Shown here in pieces: positions 48,551 to 60,312 of a stretch of 64,000 bases of DNA. Made by a program: the position numbers and the translations under genes. Below the pieces are notes generated by a model. That model was not told the origin of the DNA. It made no database searches and worked only from the letters and a program-made list of their open reading frames with translations. The stretch's first letter is position 1. Each line of letters starts with the position of its first letter. Source of the DNA: Tricharina praecox (taxonomy: Eukaryota); assembly GCF_024521635.1 (NCBI RefSeq), contig NW_026250413.1, forward strand, positions 1,116,001-1,180,000, in the 5' to 3' direction.

Positions 48551-49626
48551 ATGTCGGCCCATTCATCAATCGTCTCTTACTTTGAGCAAAACGTTGAGTT
48601 CACCTACGCGGCGAGGCCGCGTGCGAACGGCACGGATGCGGATCCAGACACAACCATCCTCTTTCCGAAGGACACGCTCGAATGTTCCATCTCCAAAGAT
48701 TCCTACCGTGGTTCTACATACGTGGAGGATAGAGAGAGATCTTCAATTTATTCCGCATGCAGCTTATCTAAACACGTGGATGAGGTATGTAGCAAGGAAC
48801 TCCTACCATCGGCACAAGAGCGAGCTTCGGCAGCTGACCTCCCATGCAGAAAAAAACAGCCGAGCAGCATACCGTCGCGGCCGGGGCTGGGGCCGTCGGG
48901 CTAAATTTCGCGCGCGAGCTGATCCGCGCTATGCGCCGACCAATGACCGGACCGGACACTACCACGCAGCGCCTGTATCTCGGCAGCCTCCGGCAGTGCC
49001 GGATCCAGGCGATCCAGACGACACCCGATCCGGCAGGCTCGATCCCCGACCCGCGAGAAGTATTTCTCGCGGGGCCGTCCGAGTTCGTCAGCGGAGTCCC
49101 CACCGATGACCGGCCCTTCTTCGAGCGACTTCGGAATCCCGAAAATGGCAGTATATTCCGCTACGACGACGCCCGCGGCCTGCTACTCCTCGACCACATT
49201 GACCCCTGCGGGTACTTGTACTACGCGTGCATCCCGCACGGCCATCGCACGCACACGGACCGGCTGCAGTGGAAGCACACACGGCTGCCGACCGAGACGA
49301 CCAAGCGCCACCAGGCCCGCTTCGACGTCGCGAGGATCGATGAAATCCCCCCCGGTCCGCACTCGGCGCGGGTGAATCGCGAGTACCTAGTGTGCAGGAC
49401 CGCCTCGGAGCGGAAGGAATCGCGAACACTGCCCCGCTGGATTGTAGATCGAGAGGATACCGGTACTGGACTCGTTCGGGCATACTTCGTCATTCACGCG
49501 GTGGATGGACATGTCTCGGTAGAAAGAATCCCGGCAGCCACGGATGCGACGGCGCTGCCGGGTGTACCGCCGGAGACACCAGTTGGCTCGGCATTATTCA
49601 GATTGCAGCTGCTTGCGGTATGTTGA
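48551..49626 (+). CDS. Hypothetical protein of unknown family (exons 48551-48784, 48850-49626; ~336 aa)
   Basis: Phase-0 intron GTATGT..CTGAC..CAG. It shares MRRPMT, GVPT, IFRYD.ARG.LLLD.IDP.GY.YYA, RL.WK.TRLP, RE.LV.RTA and F.L.LL.V with the copy at 42.6-43.5 kb. Confidence 0.75.
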
Positions 49627-50421
49627 GCTGAGGAAGGGGACGGGGACTTTTGGCCGTCAGGGATATGTGATTCACGTGGGAGGGATGAGGGACTGTGGGA
49701 TTTGGCTGTTGGTGATGGGTGGATGGAATGGGCTGGCACCAGGAGGAGGAGGAGGAAGTGCGGTGGAGCGGGGAACTTTGAAGCAAGTGGATTTGGCGCA
49801 TGGAAGCGCATCTGGGGGAATATGGGATCGGTGACGGAAGGTTGGGCTGCGATGGGTGGTCTTGACGAAAATCCGCGTGGCTCGAACAGCGAAGGCGAAA
49901 GGTGAGAGGCGAAATGTCGGTAGGGAGAGGTAGCATATGCCTCCGCCCAGTGGGGACTTTTTTTTTGCTAGAGGCGTTCGTCTCGATGCCCCGATTGGTT
50001 TTGTCTTTCCTTCCCTTTGTCTAGGCTAGGGTGTGTTCGTTTGTTTGAATTTACTGTCTGTATACCTTACTGCGCGGTTTTCCTGATTGTTTTCTTGGAG
50101 TTTATATACTGTTTGACGGAAATCTTGGAGGTTCGGCGACACCACACAGGGCGGGGCAGGGGGGCGGGGGATGCTAATTTTATTTTCTCTGTTCCGATTC
50201 CATCAAGGAAGCTGTATTGACCAGCGCCCTTGAGCATTATTATTTCTTTTTTCTTGTCTTATATACCTCTTTTCTTGGCCGGTTGTGCTTAGGAGATGCA
50301 TTGGGTTATGGGAATGTGTTTGTTGGAGTATAGGAATGATTCACTGCGCTTATCAGAGTATTTTTATGGAAAGAAACTATCAATCTATTTCAATTCCCAC
50401 AAGATGAATAATACGCAGAAA

Positions 50422-50638
50422 TGTCATAATCTCACGAACTTCCGCGTACCGCGTCACTTCCGCGGACTGAACTATGAACGATCACTCGCTATGTCGAGAA
50501 ACTTGCGTTATCCGTTCTCACGGAGGTGGCGAGCGGGGCCTCTATCCGAGGCTCCCCCGAGCCTTCCTGTATATATGCCTTTCCTTCCGTCGTGTCTGAT
50601 ATACTGTACACTATCTCGCGATACCACTTTTCTTGACA
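50422..50638. mobile_element. Solo LTR (217 bp) with 5-bp target-site duplication AGAAA
   Basis: Starts TGTCA and ends TGACA. AGAAA lies on both flanks (50417-50421 and 50639-50643). A close copy is at 54517. Confidence 0.92.
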
Positions 50639-50915
50639 AGAAAGCTGTTCACATCTGCGAGTGAGATATCATGCAACGCTGGTTAGTGGTGGCACATATC
50701 GATCACACGGTCCCTGTCCTACACCCACAAGGATCTGCAATTTTCGGGAGTCGAATGGCTGGTGGGAGGAAGCAGGAGGTAAGGAAAGAATGGGCGGTGA
50801 TATTTTCTTGGTGCGATTTGATTTGTTGTTTGCTGGCAGCGGCGCCACATCGTGCTAGATGGTAACGGGGTCCTAACCCCCGGCCGGCCAGAGTGGGCAG
50901 GAAAGGAATGTGACG

Positions 50916-51490
50916 GTTCGCCATAGTCAAGATAGGCTGCATACGAAATAAAACAGAAAGATCTCTCTCACTCTCTCGGGAGTCGAATAGTTTCTAGGAA
51001 CGACGGATGGGGGGAAGAAGGCTCCGCTAGACCTGGAGGAGGAGGATAAGGAGGAGGCAATCATCGCATCTGGGGCAGAGCAAGAGTGCCTAGCAGGGTA
51101 CTGGGTCTGCGGACGATCGAGGAAGTCGGAGAGGAGGATATGCAGTGATAGGTTGTGGAGCGGAAGCGGAAGACGGTGGAGAGGGGCGAGGGGGCAGTAG
51201 GAAACGGAGTTCGTGAGTTCGCCATAGTCTAGATAGGCTGCATGCGAAATAAAACATGAGATCTCTCTCTCTATAACAACCAGCAGTTCTAACCTACGAC
51301 AAACACGCGCCGAATGGTCCGAGGCGGATGGACAGGGGAAGTGAGGCGCCGCATCGGACTGGTCGGCACCGGGGCTTTCACCTTGACTGGCCAGGGCGTG
51401 CAGGAGACGGAGGTCGTGGGTTCGCCATATTCTAGGTAGGCTGCATGCGAAATAAAACAGGAAGATCTCTCTCTTCGGGAGTCGAAGAGC
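50916..51490. repeat. Three dispersed direct copies of a ~55-bp motif
   Basis: GTTCGCCATA..C.AG.TAGGCTGCAT.CGAAATAAAACA...GATCTCTCTC at 50916, 51217 and 51420. Confidence 0.9.
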
Positions 51491-51754
51491 TTTCTCTCTA
51501 CCTGGCGTAAACGACAGGAGAACAATCACGAAGGACGGCACGGTTTTTTACTTTTAAATGTTTTTTCTGGATTTCTATTAAAAAAAAAAAAGATGACAGA
51601 TATTACACCCTTCCATAGTCTCCTCGTCCCACCATTAAAAACCTGGATCCGCCGGTTACCAGGAAAAGGTATGGACTCGACCGCAACTACACTCGAGTCT
51701 AGAAAGTACTCGAGGCAGAGGGGAAGGGGGGGAAAGGAATTATCGAGGAAGCAA

Positions 51755-51833
51755 GCAGAAAGCAACGCAGAAAGCAACGCAGAAAGCAACGCAGAAAGCA
51801 ACGCAGAAAGCAACGCAGAAAGCAACGCAGAAA
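51755..51833. repeat. 12-bp tandem repeat (GCAGAAAGCAAC) x6.5
   Basis: Read directly, immediately downstream of the stop codon of the 677-aa ORF. Confidence 0.97.
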
Positions 51834-51855
51834 CACAGGAAATCGAGAACCTACC

Positions 51856-53889
51856 TTACAAGGAGGCCATATAGACCTCCTCCAGCCGCTGCCTGACCTC
51901 TTGCAGCCACACACGCCCCTCTTCCAGCGTTGCCAGCATGTACACCTCCGCCTGGTGTCGCAGTTTCTCCAGCTGCTGCCATCGCTGCTCGCAGAGCCGG
52001 ATGAAATTCACCCCGCCCAAACGAAGCAACTCAGGCTGCTGCTGAGCCTGCCAGACCAGCCTCTGGTACGTCTCCAGCAGGCTGGCCTCACTCTGTGTGC
52101 TGGCCACAGCTAGTACCTCTGACAGGTAGTCGTATTGAAAAGAGACAATACGCTCGTACTCACGCTCATGGAGCTGGTACTCCTGCAGAAGTTGCTGCCG
52201 CAGCGTCATTAGAGGGGCGCTGCTGGCTTCCGGCTGCTGCTGCGACTGCCGCTGCAGTTCTTCGTACCGTCGCAGCGCTTGGACCTGCCGCTCCTCGTAG
52301 ATCCTCAGACCCGTCGCGAACTGCTGCTGCTGCTCGAACTGCTGCTGCTGCTCGCACTGCTGCTGCTGCTCGGTCTGGGCAACGATCGTCGGAGGCGCGG
52401 ACAAGATCACTAGCCCCGGTACCGGCGACTGTTCCCTCTGAGATTCAGCCTTCGGCGGCTGTGGCTGGACGGGGGCAGAGGCTGGCCCGGAAGCAGAAGT
52501 AATCGGCGCAAATTGCACCGGAGTCTCAGCTTGGGCTTGCACCAAAGCCGAGACCTGGGCTGGAGCCTGGGCTTGGGCTTGCGCCTGAGCCTGGGCCAGA
52601 GCTTCGGCCTTCGCTTGCGCGATAGCCTCAGCTTTTGCCCGCTTCTTTGCTAGAAGCCGGGCCTTCTTCTGCTCCGCCTGGGCTCTGGCTTGCGCCTGAG
52701 CCAGAACGTCGGCATTTGCTTTCGCAATTGCCTCAGTTGTGGCGTTTGCCAGCCTCTGCTCGTTCGCATCACGGGCAGGTTCCCGTGCTTTGGCATCCGC
52801 TTCCGCTTGTGCTTGGGCCGAAGCCCTCACCTTCGCATCCGCTTCCGCCTGGGCTCGATCACGAGCCTCAGCTTCCGCCTGCGCCTGCTTCTGACGGGCC
52901 ACCTCCTCAGCCTGTGCGCGAGCACGAGCCTCAGTGGCCGCCTGAGCCTTGGCTGCCGCCTCTTTCTGGAAGTCCATTTCACGGGCCCATGCCCGAGCCT
53001 TGGCCTCTGCTTTTGCTTGGGTTTGGGCCACAGCCCTCGCCCGCGCTTCCGCTTCACGGGCCCGCGCCAGAGCCTGCGCTTCCGCTTCGGCTTGGGCCTG
53101 AGCAAAAGCCCGAGCCCGCGCCTCCGCTTCCGCCTGTGCCCTAGCACGATTGGCCTCAATTTCCGCCATTGCCTGACGCTGGAGCTCAGCATCACGGGCC
53201 CGCGCCTGAGCCTGGGCCTCCGTTTCCACCAGGACTTGGCCAAAAGGCCCCGCCCTCGCATCCGCTTCCGCCTGCTGACTAGCACGAGCCTCAGCATCCG
53301 CCCTGCCCATGATCTCCGCTTCCGCGAAGTTTCTTGGCCTGGGCCTTGGATTGATCTCCCAAGTCAGAATCTGCCGGAAGGCTCCGAGGACTTTCGTCTT
53401 CGTCGGCTTTGATAGATCCGTCCGCGTATCGGCCATCTTCTTCATCTGCCGAATCTCATCTGCTAGCCGTGCAACAGCCACAGTGTTCCCCTTCTTCCAG
53501 CAATCTTGGGCGGCCACCACGAGCTCTTCAGCCCGCTTGACCAGGCCCCTGTCGCGTAACTCGGTCAAGGCCGCGGGATATGGGGCAGGGGCAGGGGCAG
53601 GGGCAGGGGGAGGGGGAGGGGGAGGGGGAGGTGGGGCAAACCCAGAGACCGGCCGACGCGAACTATCAGCGTGCGGCAACTTAGCACCGTCTGGATCCTC
53701 GGTCGCCCGTCTCTTCGACCCGGTGCTAGCACCAGGGTGGACGGCGTGACCGGGTCCAGGAACGGACGCAGGTGCTGCTGGGGGGGCAGGAGGGGGAGGG
53801 GGAGGGGGAGGGGGTTGACTCCCCGTCCGGGACGTCCACTTTGCGGGTGGAGCCCCTTCAGGTTCGTCGATCGCAGTTCTTTTGACCAT
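51856..53889 (-). CDS. Intronless 677-aa Ala/Gln/Glu/Arg-rich repetitive coiled-coil protein, unknown function
   Basis: Uninterrupted ORF from ATG in good context (CACCATGG), with a TATAAAA box at ~54020 on the minus strand. It has two polyproline runs, ~250 aa of AQAQAEAEARARA-type repeats and a Gln-rich C-terminus. Confidence 0.7.
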   Translation of the reverse strand: MVKRTAIDEPEGAPPAKWTSRTGSQPPPPPPPPPAPPAAPASVPGPGHAVHPGASTGSKRRATEDPDGAKLPHADSSRRPVSGFAPPPPPPPPPPAPAPAPAPYPAALTELRDRGLVKRAEELVVAAQDCWKKGNTVAVARLADEIRQMKKMADTRTDLSKPTKTKVLGAFRQILTWEINPRPRPRNFAEAEIMGRADAEARASQQAEADARAGPFGQVLVETEAQAQARARDAELQRQAMAEIEANRARAQAEAEARARAFAQAQAEAEAQALARAREAEARARAVAQTQAKAEAKARAWAREMDFQKEAAAKAQAATEARARAQAEEVARQKQAQAEAEARDRAQAEADAKVRASAQAQAEADAKAREPARDANEQRLANATTEAIAKANADVLAQAQARAQAEQKKARLLAKKRAKAEAIAQAKAEALAQAQAQAQAQAPAQVSALVQAQAETPVQFAPITSASGPASAPVQPQPPKAESQREQSPVPGLVILSAPPTIVAQTEQQQQCEQQQQFEQQQQFATGLRIYEERQVQALRRYEELQRQSQQQPEASSAPLMTLRQQLLQEYQLHEREYERIVSFQYDYLSEVLAVASTQSEASLLETYQRLVWQAQQQPELLRLGGVNFIRLCEQRWQQLEKLRHQAEVYMLATLEEGRVWLQEVRQRLEEVYMASL

Positions 53890-54516
53890 GGTGGGGATGG
53901 GGAAAATGTAGGTGTGGAAAAGTGAAGATTGTAGATGGTGGTTATGGGGGGAAAGTGGTCAAAAGGGTGTGCGATGTAGAAAAAAAGAAGAAGAGAGGAG
54001 GGGTGGGGATGGGTTCTTTTATACTTGGATGCGCTATCGGCAAAAACCTGTTTTCGACCTCAACAGTCAACTAGCCGTTGCAGCCCTTCATGTTCTGTCA
54101 CTCGCCCTCGAAAAAAAATATTTCGCCGACAGTCAGATGACTGAGGCCGCGTCGGGCAAGATCTCCATACCCTAGACAGGCAGTAAACAATACACCAATC
54201 TTCACTCTGATGGCAGCAATATTCTCCTGCTATTTGCGGACAGTATCATGATCTTTTTTAGCTTTTTTAAATTATGAATTCTTTATAACTCATATTGATC
54301 ATGGCAGTATACACGCACCGTTGGTGTTTTGTCTCTGCTATCAAAATCGACCCCGCTTAGTTCGCAGCAGCTCTCTGCACGCATCCTTCACCCCCTCTCT
54401 CTGTATCCCGCGCTTGCCCTGGCCTTTACTGAAACTCTGGAGACCATACCAAGCAAAGAATGCAAGTAAAAAACCCCACGTATCATGATTACCAGAAGCT
54501 GAAAATCCGATAATCC

Positions 54517-54732
54517 TGTCATAATCTCACGAACTTCCGTGTACCGCGTCACTTCCGCGGACTGGGCCATGAACGATCACTCGCCATGTCGAGATACTTG
54601 CGTTATCCGTTCTCACGGAGGTGGCGAGAGGACCTCTATCCGAGGCACCCCCGAGCCTTTCTGTACATATGCCTTTCGCTCTGTCGTGTATGATACACTG
54701 TACACTATCTCACGATACCACTTTTCTTGACA
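54517..54732. mobile_element. Solo LTR (216 bp) with 5-bp target-site duplication AATCC
   Basis: TGTCA...TGACA termini with AATCC on both flanks (54512-54516 and 54733-54737). Same family and orientation as 50422-50638. Confidence 0.92.
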
Positions 54733-55507
54733 AATCCGAGAAGTATTTGCACGAGTGATTGGCCATGACACGCATCACTTTAAAGTTTCACCGAAAACGC
54801 CGCAAAGCACACATCGTCTCGCTCAAAGCAGGCGCCAGCGGCCGGCCCGGATTGAGCCGCTCCAAAGTGTTCGTGACTTTGCTGACAAGCAGCGGCATCT
54901 CATGCGGCGGTTTTAGAACGGAACGGAAGTTGGAACTGCTATTGGCGGATCGAACGGTCCGTCGTGGAGGTTACGAACTTACAAGTTACGAGCATTGGGA
55001 TGATCAGGAGAACAAAAAGACGTCCGGGAGAAGGATGCGTTCTTCGGAACGGAGTCCGGCCGGCTATGCCAACGCGCGGTGGGATAGGCTGGTAATGCGT
55101 GACCAGGGAATATTACAGTAGCACTACCTATATCGTTCGCGAGCTGATCTTCTGGTGCAGTTCCCAATCGATCTTACTATTACTACTACATACAAGGTTC
55201 CTAGGCGTAGATGCCGCCGCGACAGCTGGGCGTATGTACGAGCGTGACGGAACGACGTGTGGTTATCGATCTTGCCTCGTTCTTCGGAGCGGGGTCGAGC
55301 AGCCGTGCCTCGTGCCACGGCGAAACCAGAATTCCTGGTAAGGTTGGACCATGTGGTGCAGTCCTACTTCTCTACATGTCACTTGCAAGATGCATCCAGC
55401 GCCCCAGTCCGTACCAGAAAACAAACAATGATTCTTTTGCAGAAAACGCCATATTAATGAGACTATGAACATCTGCACACTCGATTGCTTCCTTCCTTCC
55501 CATCCGT

Positions 55508-56685
55508 TTACGTCGCCACCGGCCAGCCAGTGCTCCAGCTGAGCACATTCCAGCCGAAAGTCTTCTGGCCATCTGCGTATCCAACGTTCGTATTGACTGT
55601 AGTATCACACATATCAGCAACCGCCTACTTTCGCTATGGTGGGGGAGGGGGGTGGAGGGTGGGGGGGGGACGAACCGTAGTGGTAGTAGAGAACAGCGCC
55701 GAGCTTGGGATCAGCGTAAACACCCTGTCCGCCGGGCCCGTAGACGTTTCCACTCGAAGCGAGAACGGTGGTTCCTCCAGTGGTCTTGCACGAGCGGCCG
55801 GAGGCGTCAACGTACGGGCCGCCGACAGCAGTGGAGCGGCAGACGTTGATGCGGTACTCCTCGCCCTGGGCGGGGCGGGACGAGTCGAAGCCGCAGCAGA
55901 CGCCGGAGCTGAAGAAGAGGTAGTAGTAGCTGCCGCGGGCGTAGACGAAGCCACCCTCGACGGCGTGGCCGCCGGTGCTGTTGTATGCGACCTGGTAAGA
56001 GGTGGAGCCGGAACGGACTTTGGTCGGCGGGTCGGCCATCGCTACTTGGTACAGATCGTTCCACCAGCTGCCGAATGTCATGTAGTATCCGTCGGAAGTG
56101 CTCACGAGGTTGCCGTCGATGGCGTTGTAGGCACTGCCGGCCTTGGAGGAAATACCAGTGGCGCCGAGATCCTCCCAGGTGCCGACGTCCATGGTGGTTG
56201 AGCGGGCAACACCGATGGCGGAGACTTGGCTGCCGAACTGTGGAGGGAGTGTGAGTGGTGACCGATGATACGGGGAGTAGAGCTACATACGGTGCTGACG
56301 GAGTAGTATAGGTAGTAGTAGCCGCTGATGGGGCCGTAAATATCGGGAGCCCAGAGGTCTGTAGTCCTTAGTAACGGTTTTTCGATCGATATCTAGAGGA
56401 TCAGGACTGGAAAAACATACCATCCGAACCGGCGATGCCGATCTTGGAACCGGCCGTGATGGCAGCACCCTTCAAAGTCCAAGGTCCCTGAAGGGAGGAC
56501 GAGGTGGCAATGTTGATCTTGCCGGCGGTGCTGAAGCGGAAGTAGGTGCCGTCGCTGACACGGCGCATGATTGCAGGGTCATGGGAGTATCCCTGGCAAG
56601 TACCAGTGCAGGTACCAGGACTCACGGCGGCGACGAGGCCAGTGATGGAAAGGAGTGTCGTGACGACGAAAGAGAGTAACTTCAT
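55508..56685 (-). CDS. abnA: Secreted GH43 endo-1,5-alpha-L-arabinanase; 4 exons
   Basis: Signal peptide and motifs [59 protein letters not shown] and GWPVAT*. Three in-frame GT..AG introns. The symbol denotes the family. Confidence 0.93.
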
Positions 56686-59600
56686 CTTGGCGATTACTGG
56701 GTGGTACTGGTGTGTACTAGTGGTGGTGGTGATGGCGGAGTAGGTAGTGGCGGAAAGAAGCAGTCATCGGTGAGGACATGGAGACAGTCTTATATACGGA
56801 GGCAATATAACAGTGGCAAAGCAGCGGACATCGGGGTTTGTCCGAGTCAGTGTAAGGCTGTTTCACCCACAGACTCGGTGGCGTGCCCCCAGAAACGCGT
56901 TCCTGGAATCTACATAGCATCGAGGCCGGCCATTCTGTAACCTCCGGGTCAGTAACATGCATTAGGTGCATGGCGGTGTCATATGGGGGACGGGGGAGGG
57001 GGGCTAGAAGCTACAATCATCCGGCCTACATAGCCTACGATTAGCCAGCGTGCAGGAGGAAAAGCAACCTCGGAATGAGATCGCGCGCGGGGTGCAGATG
57101 CGCATATGCACCCCAGACATAACTAGAGAAGAGTGGAGTTTGACGTAGCCCGAGCAAAGCGCCAATGTTGGCATTTAGCCGCGTAGATTGGGATCTGGAC
57201 TGTGTGACCGAAGGCCGTGCAGTGGGTACCAGTAGCGAAGATACATATGCTCCTGCGTACAGTTGGCAGCTTGGATATCGTCAATTCTGGGGCTTGAGCA
57301 AAGTACACATGTGCATGATGCAACATATGGATCAAAGAAGACAGTGGCTGCTCAAATGTTTGCTGCCACTGCATGTCCGATAGGTGTCTGCAGTACAGTA
57401 GGCGTTTCTCTCTTACTCTTCTCCGATCCGTGCGGTGTGGTGAAGGAAGAAAGTTTACATATCCAGGTAGGAGGTATGTATCCCCGATCTCTGCATACGG
57501 CCCCACGGTCATCCGTCTGTCATTCGCAGGGGCGGATATGGAGAGGGTGTTTATCCCAGACCGCGCGCCCGCCTAGCAGTAACCATACAAAACATGACCC
57601 CTGCCACGCAGGTACACACTCTATACTACAGACCCCTACTGCAACGGTACTGCCAACCTGATAACCTGACAACCTGTCGGCTACATGGACAACCCCGCTT
57701 CCCGGTCATCCCGAAAACCCTTTTATTTCCCCCCCGTACGTCTGATCGTACCAGCCTGACATCGGCACCATTCCCACCGAGATGGGTCAATGCGGCGGAT
57801 GCGCGGAAACTTTTTCCTCGTCGCCGAGTCCGGCAGCCCTAGACGACGACGACTTGTGGGTGGCTTATTGTACTCTACTGTACGCATATAGTACATACTG
57901 GTAGGTATGCCGGCTCATTTTTGGAGGCTCGGAAGAATGGCGCGCGAGCTGCAAAATGTCGTCGCGGATGTACTCCGGAGGCAAGGTTATCGATCACGGG
58001 GGCGCGGGATTGGGGGTACGGTAAACGAGCCTGGCTTGGAAGTTATGTAAGTCCATTATGGATCCGAATGTGCTGCGGAACGAGCTCGACAGTCGGGTAA
58101 TGAGTGCACGCCATCAGGCTATGGCTGCGGTGATGGCATGTAACACGTACATAAATACGCCTCTCCGTCTCCAGAAGGCTTTCTTTTCGTGGTCACTTCT
58201 AGCGCGACCGGACACGATCGCATGCGGAAGCCGGTTGCTATTTACACGGACAATTCTTTTCGTTAATCACAACACCACGCGGGGGTCTGACGAGAATTAC
58301 TCCACTCATGTAGGTACCAGTGTGAAAGCGCTTACTTCCTTATTATCCAGTGGTGGTCAGAGCTGGGGTAAATTCCTAGGGCCGACCCAAACCTACGGTG
58401 AATTGCAGCTAGACACCTGACCCAACGAAACGAAATCTGGCAGGGCCAGGAGGATCCACTGGATCGTTCCGAGTCCAAGATCCGGCGCCGATATAGAGTG
58501 GAGTGGATTGTGTTATGGAAGCATCTGTTCAGTCTACATATGACTAGTCGGCATACCGAGTGAGATCAGATAAGATTCTGTCAAGTTTCATTGCCACCAC
58601 ATCGGATAGTATTGGGATCGGATCCGATTGCACAGGATTCAAATAAGAAGCTAATCCACTTTGATTGGATCAGATACACTGTGGCTGGATCAGGTGGTTC
58701 GGAATGCAACAAGAGTAGTTGGCACGGACTGGCAATTCAGGCACGCCAATTCCTTTCCGATTAGAGCAACAATCCGCACAAGCGCGAATGGCGGCAACAT
58801 ACTGACTCTCCCTAGTCCTGTCTGCAGTCCCGATAACGGCTCCGACGCAGCAACTCCGCCTTTCCCGATCTTCCGCCTAATTACGCAATACCTATGGTGT
58901 GTTTTTATCTTATTTTATGGAAGCAGTATTTGAAGATGGGCCGACAATGACAGGATTTTTATTGCAAGAGTGGTCTGTGCCTCATTCCATCGCCTCTTCC
59001 CAGCCGGTCCGGGAATTCGCCGACATCCCGGACCCGGTGCGTGCGTAGTTATCCGGATCCATGTCCTCGCTCGGGTTGGCCCAGCCATCCGCGATCCTGT
59101 TCCCGAGGGGAGGCCTCAGTCCACCGGCTGATTCCAGCTTTCGCAACCTCTCTATATCTCCCCACCCAGTCAGTATTGCGTATGTACGTCTGCAGTAGCT
59201 AGGACCGGGTTCATCGTGCCCTCCCCGTTCGGTGGATCGCTACCCGCATGACGACAACGGTGATGACGCCCGCCAAACTCTCGTCAACGGCTTTCCCGGT
59301 CTCTTGAAGGTGCGCACAATGCCGGATGTGCGGCCATATGCAGTGGCCCACTTCCAGGCGGATGCAGTACACTCATATGACATTCCTTTCCGGCACAGGA
59401 TTTCCCGCACTTCTATCCACGGAGTATGCGATATCTTCAACCTCAGCTCGGGAACTATCGGTCCACTGACTACCTGTCGGCGACGAGAGGGAGAGACTGA
59501 CGTCTAAAATTTTCTCTCTTGGAGTGCACGCCGACGTTTATTCCACTCTACCCTCTCGCATTAAACAACCCGATAGGCAGTCACGGTTTATCACTCTGCT

Positions 59601-60312
59601 TGGTATTTTTACTATCGGTGGAGTTCGACATCCTACGTATTCTTCGCACTCGGTGCCGGACGGACATCTTCACCTCTTTGACGTCAAACACGTCCCAACG
59701 CCGTTCAGGACAATGCGTTTACAGGCTGGGAAGCGCATCTCAACCGTCCGAGATGGCCTGAAATCAGTAGTTACCCCTATTACCGCAATCGAACCGTCGG
59801 GACAAATCTGCTCACAACCGGTAGAGCCGTCCGACTGCATTCTTCACGTGACCTGCCATACCTCCAGGTCGTAATCCCTCGACGGAAACGAGCCGCGCAA
59901 TTCTACGCGCACGTGAGGTGACCTAGGTAGGAACCACAGCAGTCAATGACGTTGTTGGAAGTAGAATTGTAGCGCCGGCACGATCCTGTAGCTCTTTTAA
60001 AGGCATGTGAGTGTTTCAAGGGGAAAAAGGGCTCCCGAGTTGTCGCCCGGCCTGGGTGGAGCGGGCTGGAATCGTGCGCATTACGTTCGATGTCATTGTG
60101 ATTGCGGCCGCTGTTGTCTCGCACCAGGCTTATTCCTGTCGTAAATTACTAGCACCGAGGGACGAGGTGCCAGTAACAACTTCAGTCATAAGTCTGGATT
60201 AAGTCCTTGCCCCAAAAAACTTTTTTTCGCGACACATCAAAAATGTTTTTCATGACAACCAAAAACAAAAATAACATCCGTCACGTGACCGCCCATCATC
60301 GACCCCATAATA

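Noticed and set aside
50422-54732. One non-autonomous LTR element that captured the 677-aa gene
   Set aside because: The outer flanks differ (AGAAA vs AATCC), while each LTR has its own matching target-site duplication, so these are two solo LTRs.
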